From: Octopus vulgaris
Lineage: Eukaryota
Length of the DNA: 64,000 nt
NCBI GenBank assembly: GCA_951406725.2
Contig: OX597825.1
Location: 68,386,001 to 68,450,000, forward strand
Direction: 5' to 3'
Part shown: positions 1-12,305 of the stretch, in pieces
Layout: every line of letters begins with the position of its first letter
How positions within the stretch are numbered: position 1 is the stretch's first letter
Program-made: the position numbers and the translations under genes
Notes under the pieces: model-generated
Databases searched by the model: none
The model's input: only the letters and a program-made list of their open reading frames with translations
Told to the model about the DNA's origin: nothing

Positions 1-339
1 GAGTCTGTTGATCAAGTTTGCTTTAGAAGGAGGAGCAGGAGGTGAGGAGTGGTTGGAGTGAAAAATACGGAAGCTAAAATTTGAATGTGTTGGGGAAGTG
101 GATTCGATTTTCTCTGCTGGTGAGAGGAAATAAAAGGTTTATCACAGGGTAGAAAGCAGGTGCCACAACCATTAATTAATATTAAAGAAATGTAGCAGTT
201 ACTGTTTTGTTATATTAGAGAGAGAGAGAGAGAAGGGAAGGATAATTTTAGATTATTATATAAATAAATAGAAAAATAAAAACAGAAAAAAATGCAAAAC
301 AGTGAAAGCTGTTTCAAAAGAGATACAAAAAGTATATAT

Positions 340-618
340 ATATTTATATGTGTATGATATATATATACACACAAGCATATATACATACATATACACATAT
401 ACAAGCATATACATATATATATATACACACACACACACACAAGCTTATATATACACACACGCACACAAGCATATATGTATATACACACACATACAAGCAT
501 ATATACATACATATACAAGCATATATATATATACACACACACATACAAGCATATATACATACATATACAAGCATATATATATACACACACACAAGCTTAT
601 ATATACACACACACAAGC

Positions 619-655
<37 letters not shown>

Positions 656-790
656 AGCATATATATATATACACACACACACACAAGCATATATACATAC
701 ATATACACATATACAAGCATATATATATATATATACACATACATACATACACATACATACACACACACACACACATACATACAGAAAGAA
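340..790. repeat. Compound (TA)/(CA) microsatellite with a recurring ACAAGC(A/T) spacer
   Basis: Repeated tatatacacac-acaagc units; source of the HT/YI-rich ORFs. Confidence 0.9.
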
Positions 791-915
791 AGAAAGAAAG
801 AAGAGAGAGAGCATAGGAAAAAGCAAAAGAGAGAAAGAGAAAGAAAAAAAACAACGAAAAAGAAAGAAAAACTGGGTGGAATATAAATTGACATGCATAA
901 AAATTCCTGCTGAGA

Positions 916-921
916 TTTATT
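916..921 (-). promoter_or_regulatory. Candidate AATAAA polyadenylation signal about 360 nt after the DCAF12 stop
   Basis: tttatt on the + strand downstream of the last exon; the hexamer is common in AT-rich DNA. Confidence 0.3.
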
Positions 922-1280
922 GTAGTGTGTCCATGTTGATGATATTTGTGTTAAAGGTGTTTGTGTTGGTGTTTTTCACACAGTCATGTGTAATTCCATT
1001 TGAAATAAAGGTCTATATAGAGTCTAACAGGTTCATGCAGATACAATGTTCGTATTGAAGATTGGTTATAAAGGTTTGGCGGCAATGATGTACGTGTGTG
1101 TAAGCGTGCATGTATGTATATGCGTATGTGTGCGCGTGTATGTGTGTGCGAGTGTGTGTGGACATAGAGTGTTATTGTGTTGAAAGAAATCATTTCATCG
1201 TGGGCTTCTGGAAGACAACGGGGAGAAGAAATAGATGGGTGAATAAAGAAGGCTGTTTGTTGTTGTTTTTGTTGTTGCAG

Positions 1281-1430
1281 TCAAGACCAGATGCCAACAT
1301 AATTTCCTTGTATGTCTGAAGGCATCGGGCCACCTGCAGTGAATAGCCGGACACCTGTGTCATCGTACTTGTGTGTGAAGATGGAATTGGAGTACCTCGT
1401 CCGCATCAAAGGCGAGTTGTTTTCTTTGTT
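1281..1430 (-). CDS. DCAF12: DCAF12 last coding exon (...IFTHKYDDTGVRLFTAGGPMPSDIQGNYVGIWS*)
   Basis: Matches the DCAF12 C-terminus [32 protein letters not shown]. Acceptor attttcag; TGA at 1283-1281. Confidence 0.95.
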   Translation of the reverse strand, partial: NKENNSPLMRTRYSNSIFTHKYDDTGVRLFTAGGPMPSDIQGNYVGIWS

Positions 1431-1487
1431 CTGAAAATATATATATTTAAAAGAGTATATTATATATATATTAAATGTGTGTGTGTG

Positions 1488-1559
<72 letters not shown>

Positions 1560-1820
1560 GCAAAAATTTAGATTCAAATGAATATGGTACTTAATTTAGA
1601 TGCACCAGAATTTTGTATGGTGTTATCCATATATCTACCTTCTCTATAATGTTGCCCCTTGATATGAAAATTTTTGTATTAATGGAAAACCTCTATAATT
1701 GGCTGATGAGTACTCAGCATCTTAAATCTGTTGTAATACTTACAACATTTAATAAAATGATGTAGTACAAACAATCGTACCAAATTACCGGAGTCATTCT
1801 TGTTGCTTATTTTGATTATA

Positions 1821-1851
<31 letters not shown>

Positions 1852-2029
1852 TCCTACCAAAATTCCTACTATAAATTCTTCCCATGACCTTAAACGATTC
1901 TAAGCTCAACCACACACATAGCTAAAAACAGCCACAACCACACACACACACACACACACACACAGACTTGCACGCATGCACATACCCACACATAACTCCT
2001 TCTCTTGCACTCTTCTATCTTTGAAAGAA

Positions 2030-2270
2030 CTTTTTCTTCACTCATTCCCTTCCGGTCATTTCAATATGTGACCGCGTGTGTATCGTTGGCGATTTTCTTT
2101 CTCCGTCTTTCCTTCCTTCGACCTTTCCTTTTTCTATGTTTCTGACGAAGAGCTCCGCTCGAAACGTTAAATCCTCCTTCTTTCTTTCCTTTCCTGAACG
2201 TCCAATAACACTATACTTGTTCCACGTCCTTGCATTGTTGTGTTTTCTCTTTGTTCATGTTTGGATTAAC
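2030..2270 (+). mobile_element. Short Penelope-like unit carrying a minimal hammerhead (2138-2172); a second, decayed copy at about 21470-21665 (-)
   Basis: gttt CTGACGA a gagc tcc gctc GAAACGTT aaat; the same flanks (tcgttggcgatttt...tccaataa...gttccacgtcct) recur inverted at 21.5 kb. Confidence 0.7.
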
Positions 2271-2296
2271 TGTGTGTGCGTGTGTGTATGTGTGTG

Positions 2297-2777
2297 GAAA
2301 TTTGCCAACCCAATGGTTTCCCTTCATGGCAGAATTAATAGTCAAGACTATTGAAGCATTTTATCTGATCAAGTTCATCCAATGGTTGCGGAATTGTTTC
2401 TGGAGGGAAACGCAATCTTTCAGGATGATAATGCACCAATTCACACAGCTAAAGTTGTTACTGAATGGCACGAAGAACATTCTAGTGAAGTTGAACATCT
2501 TATCTGGCAACTACAGTCCCCAGATCTCAATATTATTGAACATTTATGGTGCATTTTAGAAAAATAAGCAAGGAGTCGATATCCTCCACCATCATCACTA
2601 CAAGAACTGGAGACTGTTGTTGAAGAATGGAGAAAAATTCCTTTGGAAACAATTCAAACTTCGTACAAGTCCATACCTCATAGAATTCAAGCTGTAATTA
2701 CTGCCAAAGGTGGTCCTACCCCATATTAAAATAAATTTGTTTGAAATTTTAAGGGGTTTTCATTATTTCATCCAACC

Positions 2778-2781
<4 letters not shown>
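2297..2781 (+). mobile_element. Tc1-family transposon 3' fragment (decayed DDE domain plus right terminus)
   Basis: FQDDNAPIH...QSPDLNIIEHLW is the Tc1 DD34E signature; it ends in a TIR-like ...tccaacccctg. Confidence 0.85.
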
Positions 2782-2831
<50 letters not shown>

Positions 2832-3512
2832 CATACACACACACATATTTGTTATTCTACCAAATATATACGTTTTTATTATTTTTTGCAATTTACTTAA
2901 TCTTCGGTATATTATTGTTATTTTAATTTTAATATTTCTTTTATATGTAATTTTCTAGATGATGTAATTTAATTGTTCATTTTGACTTGATAAAAGGTGG
3001 TTTTTTTCTAATTTTTATATATATATATTATATTTTGTGAAATTTGATTTAGTATTTCTAAATTGAATTTTTCCCTGTAAGTTAGGAATAATATTCCCTC
3101 AAATAATTACTATATATATATATATATATTATATTATATTATATTATATACTAAAAATACTCGAATTGTTATGTCTCAAATTGGCACATGATATCAAATA
3201 TTAAAGAATAACGGATTAAATATTTACATATTACTATTTTCTGTTATTCCTATTTACTCTTGTATGTACTGTGTCATTATTTTTTGTAGCTTTTTTAAAT
3301 ATTTTAAGATTTATGTCCCTTTATCACAAACACACTGTACAGCTGGTAATGAGGTTTGATCTGACCTATTGGTTGGTTGTTCATTACCCTGCTGACTCAG
3401 CAACCCACGTGCCCTCAATTAAGCATAACCTCTCCCCAGCCATCACTAAATGATGATGTAGGGCAGAAAGGCAGACTGTAAATACAAAGTAGGTATACTG
3501 AATAGAGAGAGA

Positions 3513-3955
3513 GAGATGGTCTGGCAGCTGGCTTGGCAGACACCCATAAAATTATTAACCATCTTACAAACAATAACTCTGAGCACCTTTTCAAACTCCA
3601 CCTGTCTAACACCCATGGACATGTTTACAAAGTCAGAAAACAGCACAGCTCTCATTTCTTTCAGAAACATTTTTTCATGCTAAGAGTTGCTGAAGCATGG
3701 AACAAACTGCCGGCATCAGTCGTTAGTTGTCGGATCACTGCATCCTTCAAAACTTCAATGCTTCCTGAGATTCGCCAACACTATACCTGATTTTCTCCCC
3801 TCCATACACACGCAAGCATGTATCTGACTCATACATTGTTCGCTTTCCAGACATTTGTACATTACTGCATATGCTTTATATGCACTTTTGACAAGTTGTG
3901 GTGCACCTGAGCACTGTATACAATAAATTCATTATTATTATTATTATTATCATTA
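3513..3955 (+). mobile_element. CR1/L2-type LINE 3' end; further 5'-truncated copies at about 20325-20520 and 42946-43230
   Basis: ORF2 C-terminal motif HGHVYK...FFMLRVAEAWNKLPASVVS...SFK, a shared 3'UTR and an (ATT)n tail in three near-identical copies. Confidence 0.85.
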
Positions 3956-4035
3956 TAAGTATATTCGGCCGGATCATCATCATCCCGTCATTTAACATCT
4001 GCTTTCCATGCTGGCATGGTTTGGGCAGTTTGACA

Positions 4036-4456
4036 TTGGTGTAAATGGTAGCACTCTTGTCGCAGAAACAGAGAGGTTGGGGGTTCAAGACCCATGCGAA
4101 CAGAAAACACATTTTTTTCCATTGAGGGCTTATATGCCCCAATATTAGACTATATTCTTTAGTCAATACACAGTGATTACTTACAAAGCTTTTAGCTTAT
4201 AAAAATATTATTATTTATAGAATAGTAAAACTCAGCACTGCTTAGAAAAGGCACATGCCTGTTTGTTTATAAAAAAACAACTCTATAAAATTATAGTTCT
4301 TAAATCTGATGGAAAGAGGTGAGTGGGTATATTGGTTAAATGGTAGCACACTTGTCGCAGAAACATAGAGGTGTGGGTTCAAGTTCCACACTTGCGAAAA
4401 AAACACTTTTTTCTGTCAATGGTGTAAACAGTAGCACACTTTTCACAGAAACAGAG
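4036..4456 (+). repeat. Three tRNA-like short repeats (4036-4110, 4331-4408, 4419-4456 partial)
   Basis: A-box-like tggtgtaaatggtagcac and B-box-like ggttcaag; no clean acceptor stem, so read as a SINE head or tRNA pseudogene. Confidence 0.5.
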
Positions 4457-4833
4457 CATTTTGTCTGACTTGCTAATGATTCTGCCTGATCACCACCTTT
4501 AAAACATGAACTTAATAATTCTTTCTACTAATCAGCACAAAGCCTGAAATTTTGTGGAGAGAGTTAAGTCAATTACATCGACCCCAGTGCTTAACTGGTG
4601 GTTATTTTATCAACTCTGAAAGGTTGAAAGGCAAAGTTGACCTTAGAATTTGAACTCATAATGTAAAGACAGGAAATTCCACTCTGAGCATTCTGTCTGG
4701 TATGTTAATGATTCTCCCTGCTCAATGCCTTAAGAGTGGACTTAAAAATAATAAAAGTGTAATTAGTATGTACAAACGAGTATGGCTTTGTAGGGAGTAC
4801 ATATTGTTGTGAAGATAAATTATATGTATAACA

Positions 4834-5485
4834 GGTGCAAGCATTGCTGTGTTGTAGGAAGCTTGCTTCCCAACCCCATGGTTCTTGCTTCAGGACTGCA
4901 GTGTGGCACTTTGGTTAAGTGTCTTCTATCATAGCCACGAGCCAATCAAAGTCTTGTGAATAGATTTGGTAGACAGAAACTGAAAGAAGGCAGCAAGCTG
5001 GCAGAAACGTTAGTACACTGGGTGAAATGCTTAGCAGTATTTTGCCTGCCACTATGTTCTGAGTTCAAATTCCGTTGAGGTCGACTTTGCCTTTCATCCT
5101 TTCAGGGTCAATTAAATGAGTACCAGTTATGCACTGGGGTCAATATAATCAACTTAATCCATTTGTCTGTTCTTGTTTGTCTCCTCAATATTTATCCCCT
5201 TGTGGGTAGTAAAGAAATAAGAAACTGAAAGAAGCCCATCATATATATATCTACACATATGTGTGTGTGTATCTTTGTGTCTGTTTGTCCTGCACCACAC
5301 CACTTGGCAATAGGTGTTAGTTTGTTTACGTCCCTGTATTTTAGTGGTTCAGCAAACGAGACCGACAGAACAAGTACCAGGCTTTAAAAATTAAGTACTG
5401 AGGTTTGATTCAATCAACTAAAATTTCATCAAGGCAGTGCTCCAGAATGGCCATAGTCTAATGACTGACACAAGGAAAAGATGAA
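4834..5485 (+). mobile_element. SINE family A copy with a nested family B SINE (4990-5219)
   Basis: Family A sequence is interrupted; agaaactgaaagaag is duplicated at 4975-4989 and 5220-5234. Confidence 0.85.
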
Positions 5486-5711
5486 AGGGGAAATATAAAA
5501 GCCAAAAAGATAAAATAGCAGAAATGGAAATTGTTTCCAGATTGAAATAGAAACATAAAAGAAAGGGAAAAAACCATTTATAAATGGAATGGAATGTGGT
5601 AAAGAATCATGATAATGAATTGTTAGAATTTGTGGGGTTTACCAAGAAATTCTTAGAATATTTGGGATACCTTCTGATAGAACACAGAGACAGAATAATT
5701 TTTGTACTTAC

Positions 5712-5857
5712 AGTCCAACCTTCACTGACAACTAATTGACAATGCTTCCCAGACGGTGTTTCCAGGAACTGTTTTGTACGTACATCCAAGAATATCACAA
5801 CACTCAGCCCTGTTCCCAGAGTGATGACATCGTGTCGAACACTGATTGACCGAATAC
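5712..5857 (-). CDS. DCAF12: DCAF12 coding exon 7 (GIRSISVRHDVITLGTGLSVVIFLDVRTKQFLE...EGWT)
   Basis: Matches [33 protein letters not shown]...GWL. Acceptor ctctag, donor GTAAGT, 146 nt, phase 1/0. Confidence 0.94.
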
Positions 5858-5964
5858 CTAGAGAGCGGAGAAAAAAAAAAAGAAGAATGAAACAGTTATT
5901 TTATAAATTATATAGACTAAAAATAAATATTAAGGAAAACAGCATGGAAACACAAATGCATGTA

Positions 5965-6290
5965 TGAGACGTTTTGGCACAGCTGTTTTGGCACTGATAT
6001 TTTGGCATCACCATTTTGCAGTCACTGATTCAATGCAGATTTATTTGAGACCAGACATTTTAAGGATTCTCTCATTTCAGTTTTTCTCTCATTCTCTGTC
6101 TCTTTCCCCCTCCCCCGATCTTTCTGTCATTTGCAATTTTCCTGCAAGTGTATATTTCTGCATGTATATGCTTGTGTGTGTGTGAAAATATGTTTGCCTC
6201 CAGGGCCAAAATGCAATCTTGCTGAAACTAGTTGAATGTGCACTCAGCCATGCCAAATTACCAGTGTTCAAACAGCCATACCAACCATCT
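5965..6290. mobile_element. MITE-like element with TTTTGGC/GCCAAAA subterminal repeats; related split copy at about 22357-23040
   Basis: Repeated ttttggca at the left end and gccaaa at the right end; similar sequence at 22.4 and 23.0 kb. Confidence 0.45.
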
Positions 6291-6301
6291 CTGGACACAC
6301 A

Positions 6302-6340
<39 letters not shown>

Positions 6341-6834
6341 GCAGCAGAGAGTTTATAAGCCTTGAAAATATGTCTTAGAAGATAAACTAAAAGAAGAATA
6401 TCACCAAAGTCCAATGAACAATAGTTTTTTTGTTTTTTTTTTGGTTTTTGCTTTCAGGTTGAAATTAGAATCTCACATGTAACTACTAATTTTCATGGAT
6501 ATTTACATTTTGGAGTGTCTAGCTTCCAGAATTCAAAGAACTACAAAGCTGGACATTGTAGCACTACACACGCACACACACTCTTCTCTTGGTAAAAATC
6601 AAGACTAACCTACTAGTATATAATCAGCTAAGGTAAACAGGTATCAATTACATCAATATTAGCAGTCTGAGAGGGCCAGAAAATATGAGTACTTTCATCC
6701 TGCTCCATTTAATTGATTAAATAAAATTGAGAAACTGACCATTGACATAATCATGGAGAACCACTGATATTAGACCCTTTATCTTCAAAATTATATGAGA
6801 TACTTCATCTCAGTGGTTGATGGATACAGTGGAC

Positions 6835-6874
<40 letters not shown>

Positions 6875-6946
6875 CTGAATGGCTAACTTCACAAACAGAT
6901 ATTTGATGAAACCTACCAGTAATGGGGTTTATAACTATATATATAT

Positions 6947-7378
6947 TTTGTTGGCATCCTTTTGTCTCGGGAGACAATGGAGTTGCATATAAACTAATCC
7001 AGTCTGGTTTTTACATTTCATGTCCTCTCCAGTTTTATCTCCAGTTTTGCACAGGCCTGGGCTAGATGTAAGAAAATCCTGGGTAGCCCAGTCGTCAGGG
7101 TTCCTCTCTCGACCTTGCTGATGTAGTCCAAAGGAGTGCAGAGCATTACGTTTGGCACCAGCTTGGTTGCAGGAGCTGCTGGAAGAGTGTTGAGTCGAAC
7201 ACTAAACCACCTATGGGGCTCGACTCCAGATTTCTTTGAAGGTTGTCTCCTTACCGTAACCCTGGATAGGGGCCCATACCAGGTACTGTCAGCCGGAGCC
7301 AGCTGAGCCCGGGACTTGTGTCAGGCAGGGTCATCACTCCCTGAAGTAGTGAAGAAAAAAAAATCGCTACTCACTGCC
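6947..7378 (+). mobile_element. RTE/BovB-like LINE 5'-region fragment
   Basis: GC-richer island between (TA)n tracts containing gctgatgtagtccaaagga...gtttggcaccagcttggttgcaggag, recalled as RTE-BovB 5' sequence (not database-checked). Confidence 0.5.
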
Positions 7379-7426
<48 letters not shown>

Positions 7427-8654
7427 AACACGGAACTAATGGAACTATATCTATGCATGTGGATGTATGCTTTAACTATGTAGATATTTATTTGTCTACA
7501 TGTACATGGAGATGCCTCTATATGTATATGAAATCCATCCACCTACCTACATATATATGTGTTTGTGTGTGTGTGTGTGTGTGTATGTATCACATTCATT
7601 GGCCTACATCTGTTTCTGCTGTAAGAGTCTGTCTATGTATATGGGTCTGTTTCAATGTATGTTTAGAGTTCAGGTAAAATTGTATCCAATGACAATCAAA
7701 CTGTTAACAACTAAAATCCTCCACTAAAGATCTACTACCCCATCTTTTCTCTGAAGATGGAATAGTCCACTACTACACAAACAGCATATCTTCATGGTCC
7801 TGAAAAATGGACCATTTCTTTTTACTCTCTTATGTCTTACTATACACTCTGTTCTAACAACTCACCAAATATAAACATTCCATGCTCTAAACTAACACCA
7901 GTTGTTTGTCTGTTCATTCTTTCTACTGTACATATCAATGTATGTATATGGACACATGTTTATGTGATAAGGTTACTCTTGACCATCCAATCCAGTCTGT
8001 TATTCAAATATTGCTTATCTAAAGCTAAATATTTTTTTCCTTTAAGACTGTTAGGTGCAATCTGAAGGCAACTTGGCTCAAATTTCTAGCATGTGATTGA
8101 CTATACAGAGGCTTGTGTTACTTTTGTCATTAATGTAACAGATATTGTATGTGCATCATTAAAAGCTATCGAAATTAGTAGGTATAGTGATGAGTGGTAC
8201 AGAAACAGCTCGCTATATTCAATTACATCCTTGTACGTTCTGTGTTAAAATGTTAAAAATCTCATTCTTTTCTTTTCAGAGTACTTTACTGTTTCACTTG
8301 CATTGTTTTTATATCTACATTTTCCATATTGGCATGGATTGAATGAGACTCATTAAGGTAGTTCTCTAAGCCAGATGCCCTTCCTATTGGCAACCCTTAT
8401 CTGTTTCAAGGGTTGATGCATTTGAAACCCCACAAGGCTGTGTATGGTGAATTCACTGAGATACATACAGGGTGTGTTGTTTACAGGGAATGCAAACATG
8501 ACATCACCATTATTGAATTGGTGTCACGTGAAAACATTCAGCAAGTAAACACTCACATCTGGCTGTAGAAAATCTGCCTTAACAAATTCTATCTGATCCA
8601 ATGCAAGCATGGAAAAAGATGTAAAACAAATGATGATGATGTATATTAAATGAA

Positions 8655-8916
8655 GTGTACAGTAATATATATCCATTACAGCTGATCTTACCAATTGGTT
8701 TTGCACTAGGGGCTCAACTGAGTGTTAGATAACAGTCTAATTATATAACTCTCTACTCATCAGAGATAGCCATTATGTAACCATATTTCGCTCTGTAATA
8801 TCTACCTCTGATGAGTGGAGGGTTGCATAATTGGACTGTTACCTAACACTCCATTGAACCCCTGGTGCAAAACCAATTGGTAAGATCAGCCATAATGGAT
8901 ATATAATACTGTACAC
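8655..8916. repeat. Inverted repeat of about 115-bp arms (8655-8769 / 8802-8916), each with a degenerate hammerhead
   Basis: The arms are reverse complements (gtgtacag...accaattggttttgcac...ctcatcagag versus ctctgatgag...gtgcaaaaccaattggt...ctgtacac). Confidence 0.85.
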
Positions 8917-8988
8917 CTTGATTAATATGCCCACTCTACTAACAGATATACAAGTGCATTTTTTCCTGACTTATGGACTCTTGTACAG

Positions 8989-9042
<54 letters not shown>

Positions 9043-9043
<1 letters not shown>

Positions 9044-10652
9044 AGTAGTGGCCATAAAATAAGGTTCAGTAAGAACAAGTATATTGAAATAGTTATTATA
9101 AAAGATTAACAACATGTTGAGACTAGATATTTTACACATATTTAGATATATCTAATATCTATCTTTCATGAAAATTTCAAGTGAAAGGAATAAATATTTT
9201 GAAAGTTAGGAGGAAATAAACAAACAATCTTCCAAATTGCAGCTGCCAAAAGTTAAGGGTCACTTAGAAAAAAAGGAACTACTAACTGAGGTATTTGTTG
9301 TTTAGAAGACTGTTAATGGGCTAACAGTTATTTCTTACATTATTGAAATATTTAACTGACAACATGGCAGCTTGTGAGAGACAACAGGTGTCCTGTGATG
9401 GAAAACAAAGGATTGTGTGTCTTCACTAAAAGGGCAAGTCAAATTCTGTGATAGCAACTACTGTAAGAAGGTCAAGGAGTGTTGTGCAATGAATTGTAGC
9501 TTGTTTTAAGTCATCAGGATTGACAGATGCTAAGCCTAAAACCTGTTGACCTCATAAAACTTTACTAAGACAGGATCGTATTAAGGTTAGAATGTCACTG
9601 AAGGATAGGTTTAAGAGTGCTGCTGAGATATCCTGCGAGTTTAGCTCCACTTCTGATGTCAACGTATCGCACAAAACAGTTTCTCAGGGGTTACAAGGTG
9701 CTGGGTTGCTTGCTCAGGCAAAGAAACATCTGATCTCCAAGAAGAATCAAAGAGCCCATCTTTTTTCTTGCTCATGAACATGTTGTTTGGACAGAAGAAC
9801 AGTGGTTGCAGGTTCATTTTTACCGATGAATCGAAATTTAATGTGAATGGTTCCGATGACAGGATGTACATCTGACAAAAATGGTGAAAGGTTATTTCAT
9901 GCATGTGTGAAGAAGGCAGTGAAATATGGAGGAGGCAGTGTAATGGTATGGGGAGTGATCTCTGCTGCTGGTCCTGGTCCACTTATTCACCAACAAGGGA
10001 CTGTCAACGCTGAAATCTACAAGGAGATTCTTAGACAGATTGCCCTTCCACATCTCTGATCCTCATCAGTTCAACTTCCTATAATGCTCCCTGTCACACT
10101 GTGAAGAGAGTCAAAAATGTTTTAAGTGATGAAAGGGTTGATCTCATGGATCGGCATCTCAAAGTCCTGATTTCAACCCTATAGAAAACGTTTGCAAGAT
10201 TACTGGAGATTACTGGCTTGAAGGAGAAATCCAAAGAACCGAGATGATCTCTGAGAATTATTGAAAAACGAATGGAACAATATTACTATTATTATGTCAT
10301 TTTGCAAGAAAAGAATTCAGTCCCATGGTAACAGATGTCAGGAGGTCATTGATAGTAGAGGGATGTTCACAAAACATTAATAGTAAGGGTTTCCTTTTTG
10401 TTCTTGTTCCATTTTCCATTGTTTTTCTGAGTGACCCTTTACTTTTGGTCATTGCAGTTTGGAAGATTATTTGTTTATTTCCTTATAACTTATGAAATAT
10501 TTATTCCATTCACTTGAAATTTTCACAAAAGATAGATAGATAGACATATCTAAGTATGTGTAAAATATCTAGTCTCAATGTTTTGTTAATCTTCTATGAT
10601 AAATATTTCAATACACTTGTTCTTCCTGACCCTTATACTATGGCCACTACTG
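9043..10652 (+). mobile_element. Full-length decayed Tc1-like transposon with about 230-bp TIRs; transposase pseudogene at about 9364-10380
   Basis: TIRs agtagtggccat...gggtcacttagaaaaa / tttttctgagtgaccc...atggccactactg followed by TA. Motifs FTDESKFN and KYGGGSVMVWG; many stops and frameshifts. Confidence 0.92.
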
Positions 10653-11270
10653 TATGTATATGTATGTATATGCGAGCTGGCAGAATCGTTAGCATGCTGG
10701 GCAAAATGCTTAGTGGTATTTTATCTGCCGCTATGTTCTGAGTTCAAATTCTGCTGAGGTCGACTTTACCTTTCATCCTTTCGGGGGTCGATAAATTAAG
10801 TACCAGTGAAACACTGGGGTCAATGTAATTGACTAGTCACCTGCCTCAAGGTTTCATGGCCTTGTGCTTTCAGTAGAAAGTATATATATATATACATATT
10901 TATGCACACATATACAATGCACTTCTGTACAGTTTTTATCAACCAATTTCACTCAAGAGGCAGTGGTCAGCCTGATGTTGGGGTATGAAATTCTTGCTCA
11001 AGATGCTACACAATGGAATTGAACCTAAAACTACAGCATTACAAAATGAACTCCATATCCACACAGCTATAAAGAAAGGAAATATCAAGAGTGGCGGGGA
11101 TGATTATAGGGTGGGGGTGATCAAACTGTTTACATCCTCCCTTTAATGTGTATGGCCTGGTGACAAAGTTAGAAATTATTGTCCCTTGGCATGTATTAAA
11201 ATTCCAAATCTTATTTAGTTCCTTGTTCAAACAACTAGTCTCACAACCAATTTGATTACAAGAAAGGTCA

Positions 11271-11440
11271 CTGCCATCAATTTACCATGAAGAAAGTTCC
11301 CCATGAGAAAAGTTTACTGAGAAAATCTATCTATAGTATCCCACCATCAATAGTTAAAAACTACTTTACTGAAAAAAAAAAAGTGTATTGATGACGGTGA
11401 ACTTTGCCTGCAGTGAATTGATGACGGTGAACTTACCAGA
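11271..11440. mobile_element. Unclassified MITE-like repeat with catcaatt(c/t)acc subrepeats; inverted second copy at 50518-50687
   Basis: Two dispersed, oppositely oriented similar sequences with inverted subterminal motifs. Confidence 0.55.
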
Positions 11441-11831
11441 CATGACCAATCTAAGTATCAGTGAAACACTAGGATCAATGTAATTGACTAGTCCCCCCTC
11501 CCAAATCTCAGCCATTGTGCCTTTAGTAGAAAGGATTATTATTATTATTATTATCATTATTATTATTATTACTATTATTATTATTGATCATAGGTCAATT
11601 ATTAAGGCAGTGAGCTGACAGAATGATTAGCATGTCTGACAAATTGCTTAGCAGCATTTCTCTTGACTAATTACATTCTAAGTTCAAATTCTGCAAACGG
11701 TGGCTTTGCCTTTCGTCTTTTTGGGGTTTATAAAATATGTACAAGTTTAGTATTGGAAGTCAATGTAATCAATGAATCCCCTCCTTTTAAAATTGCTGAC
11801 CTTGCCCCCAAAATTAGAAAGAATTATTCAT

Positions 11832-12305
11832 TATCATCATCATCATCGTTTAACATCCGCTTTCCATGCTAGCATGGATTGGACGATTTGACTGAGGACT
11901 GGCAAAAAAGATGGCTGCATCAGGCTCCAATCTTGATCTGGCAGAGTTTCTACAGCTGGATGCCCTTCCTAATGCTAATCACTCCAAGAGTGTAGTGGGT
12001 GCTTTTATGTGCCACCAGCACGAGGGCCAGTCAGGCGGTACTGGCAACGACCATGCTCAAATGGTGTTTTTTACATGCCACCTGCATAGGAGCCAGTCCA
12101 GCGACACTAGCAACAACCTCGCTCGAATGTTTTTTCATGTGCCACCAGCACAAGTGCCAGTAAGGCGACACTGGTAATGATCACGATCGAATGGTGCTTA
12201 TTATGTGCCACTGGCATGGAAGCCATTTAGCTGCTCTGGCAACGAACACGGTTGGATGGTGCTCTTAGCGCTCCACTAGCACAGATGCCAGTCATTGAAT
12301 TTGAT
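11832..12305 (-). mobile_element. Retroposon family C: (GAT)n tail and internal 55-60-bp tandem units. Other copies at about 23885-24140(+), 25539-26072(+), 41016-41372(-), 60459-60688(-), 62782-63258(-), plus fragments
   Basis: Shared ...ggcgttaggaagggcatccagc...ccatgctagcatggaaagcggacgttaaacgatgatgat 3' end with variable 5' truncation. Confidence 0.85.

Noticed and set aside
210-1058. Long overlapping ORFs rich in Y/I/H/T/C/V (also at 19.0, 30.2, 55.7, 61.1 and 62.4 kb)
   Set aside because: Translations of (TA)n/(CA)n microsatellites, which lack stop codons in several frames; not genes.
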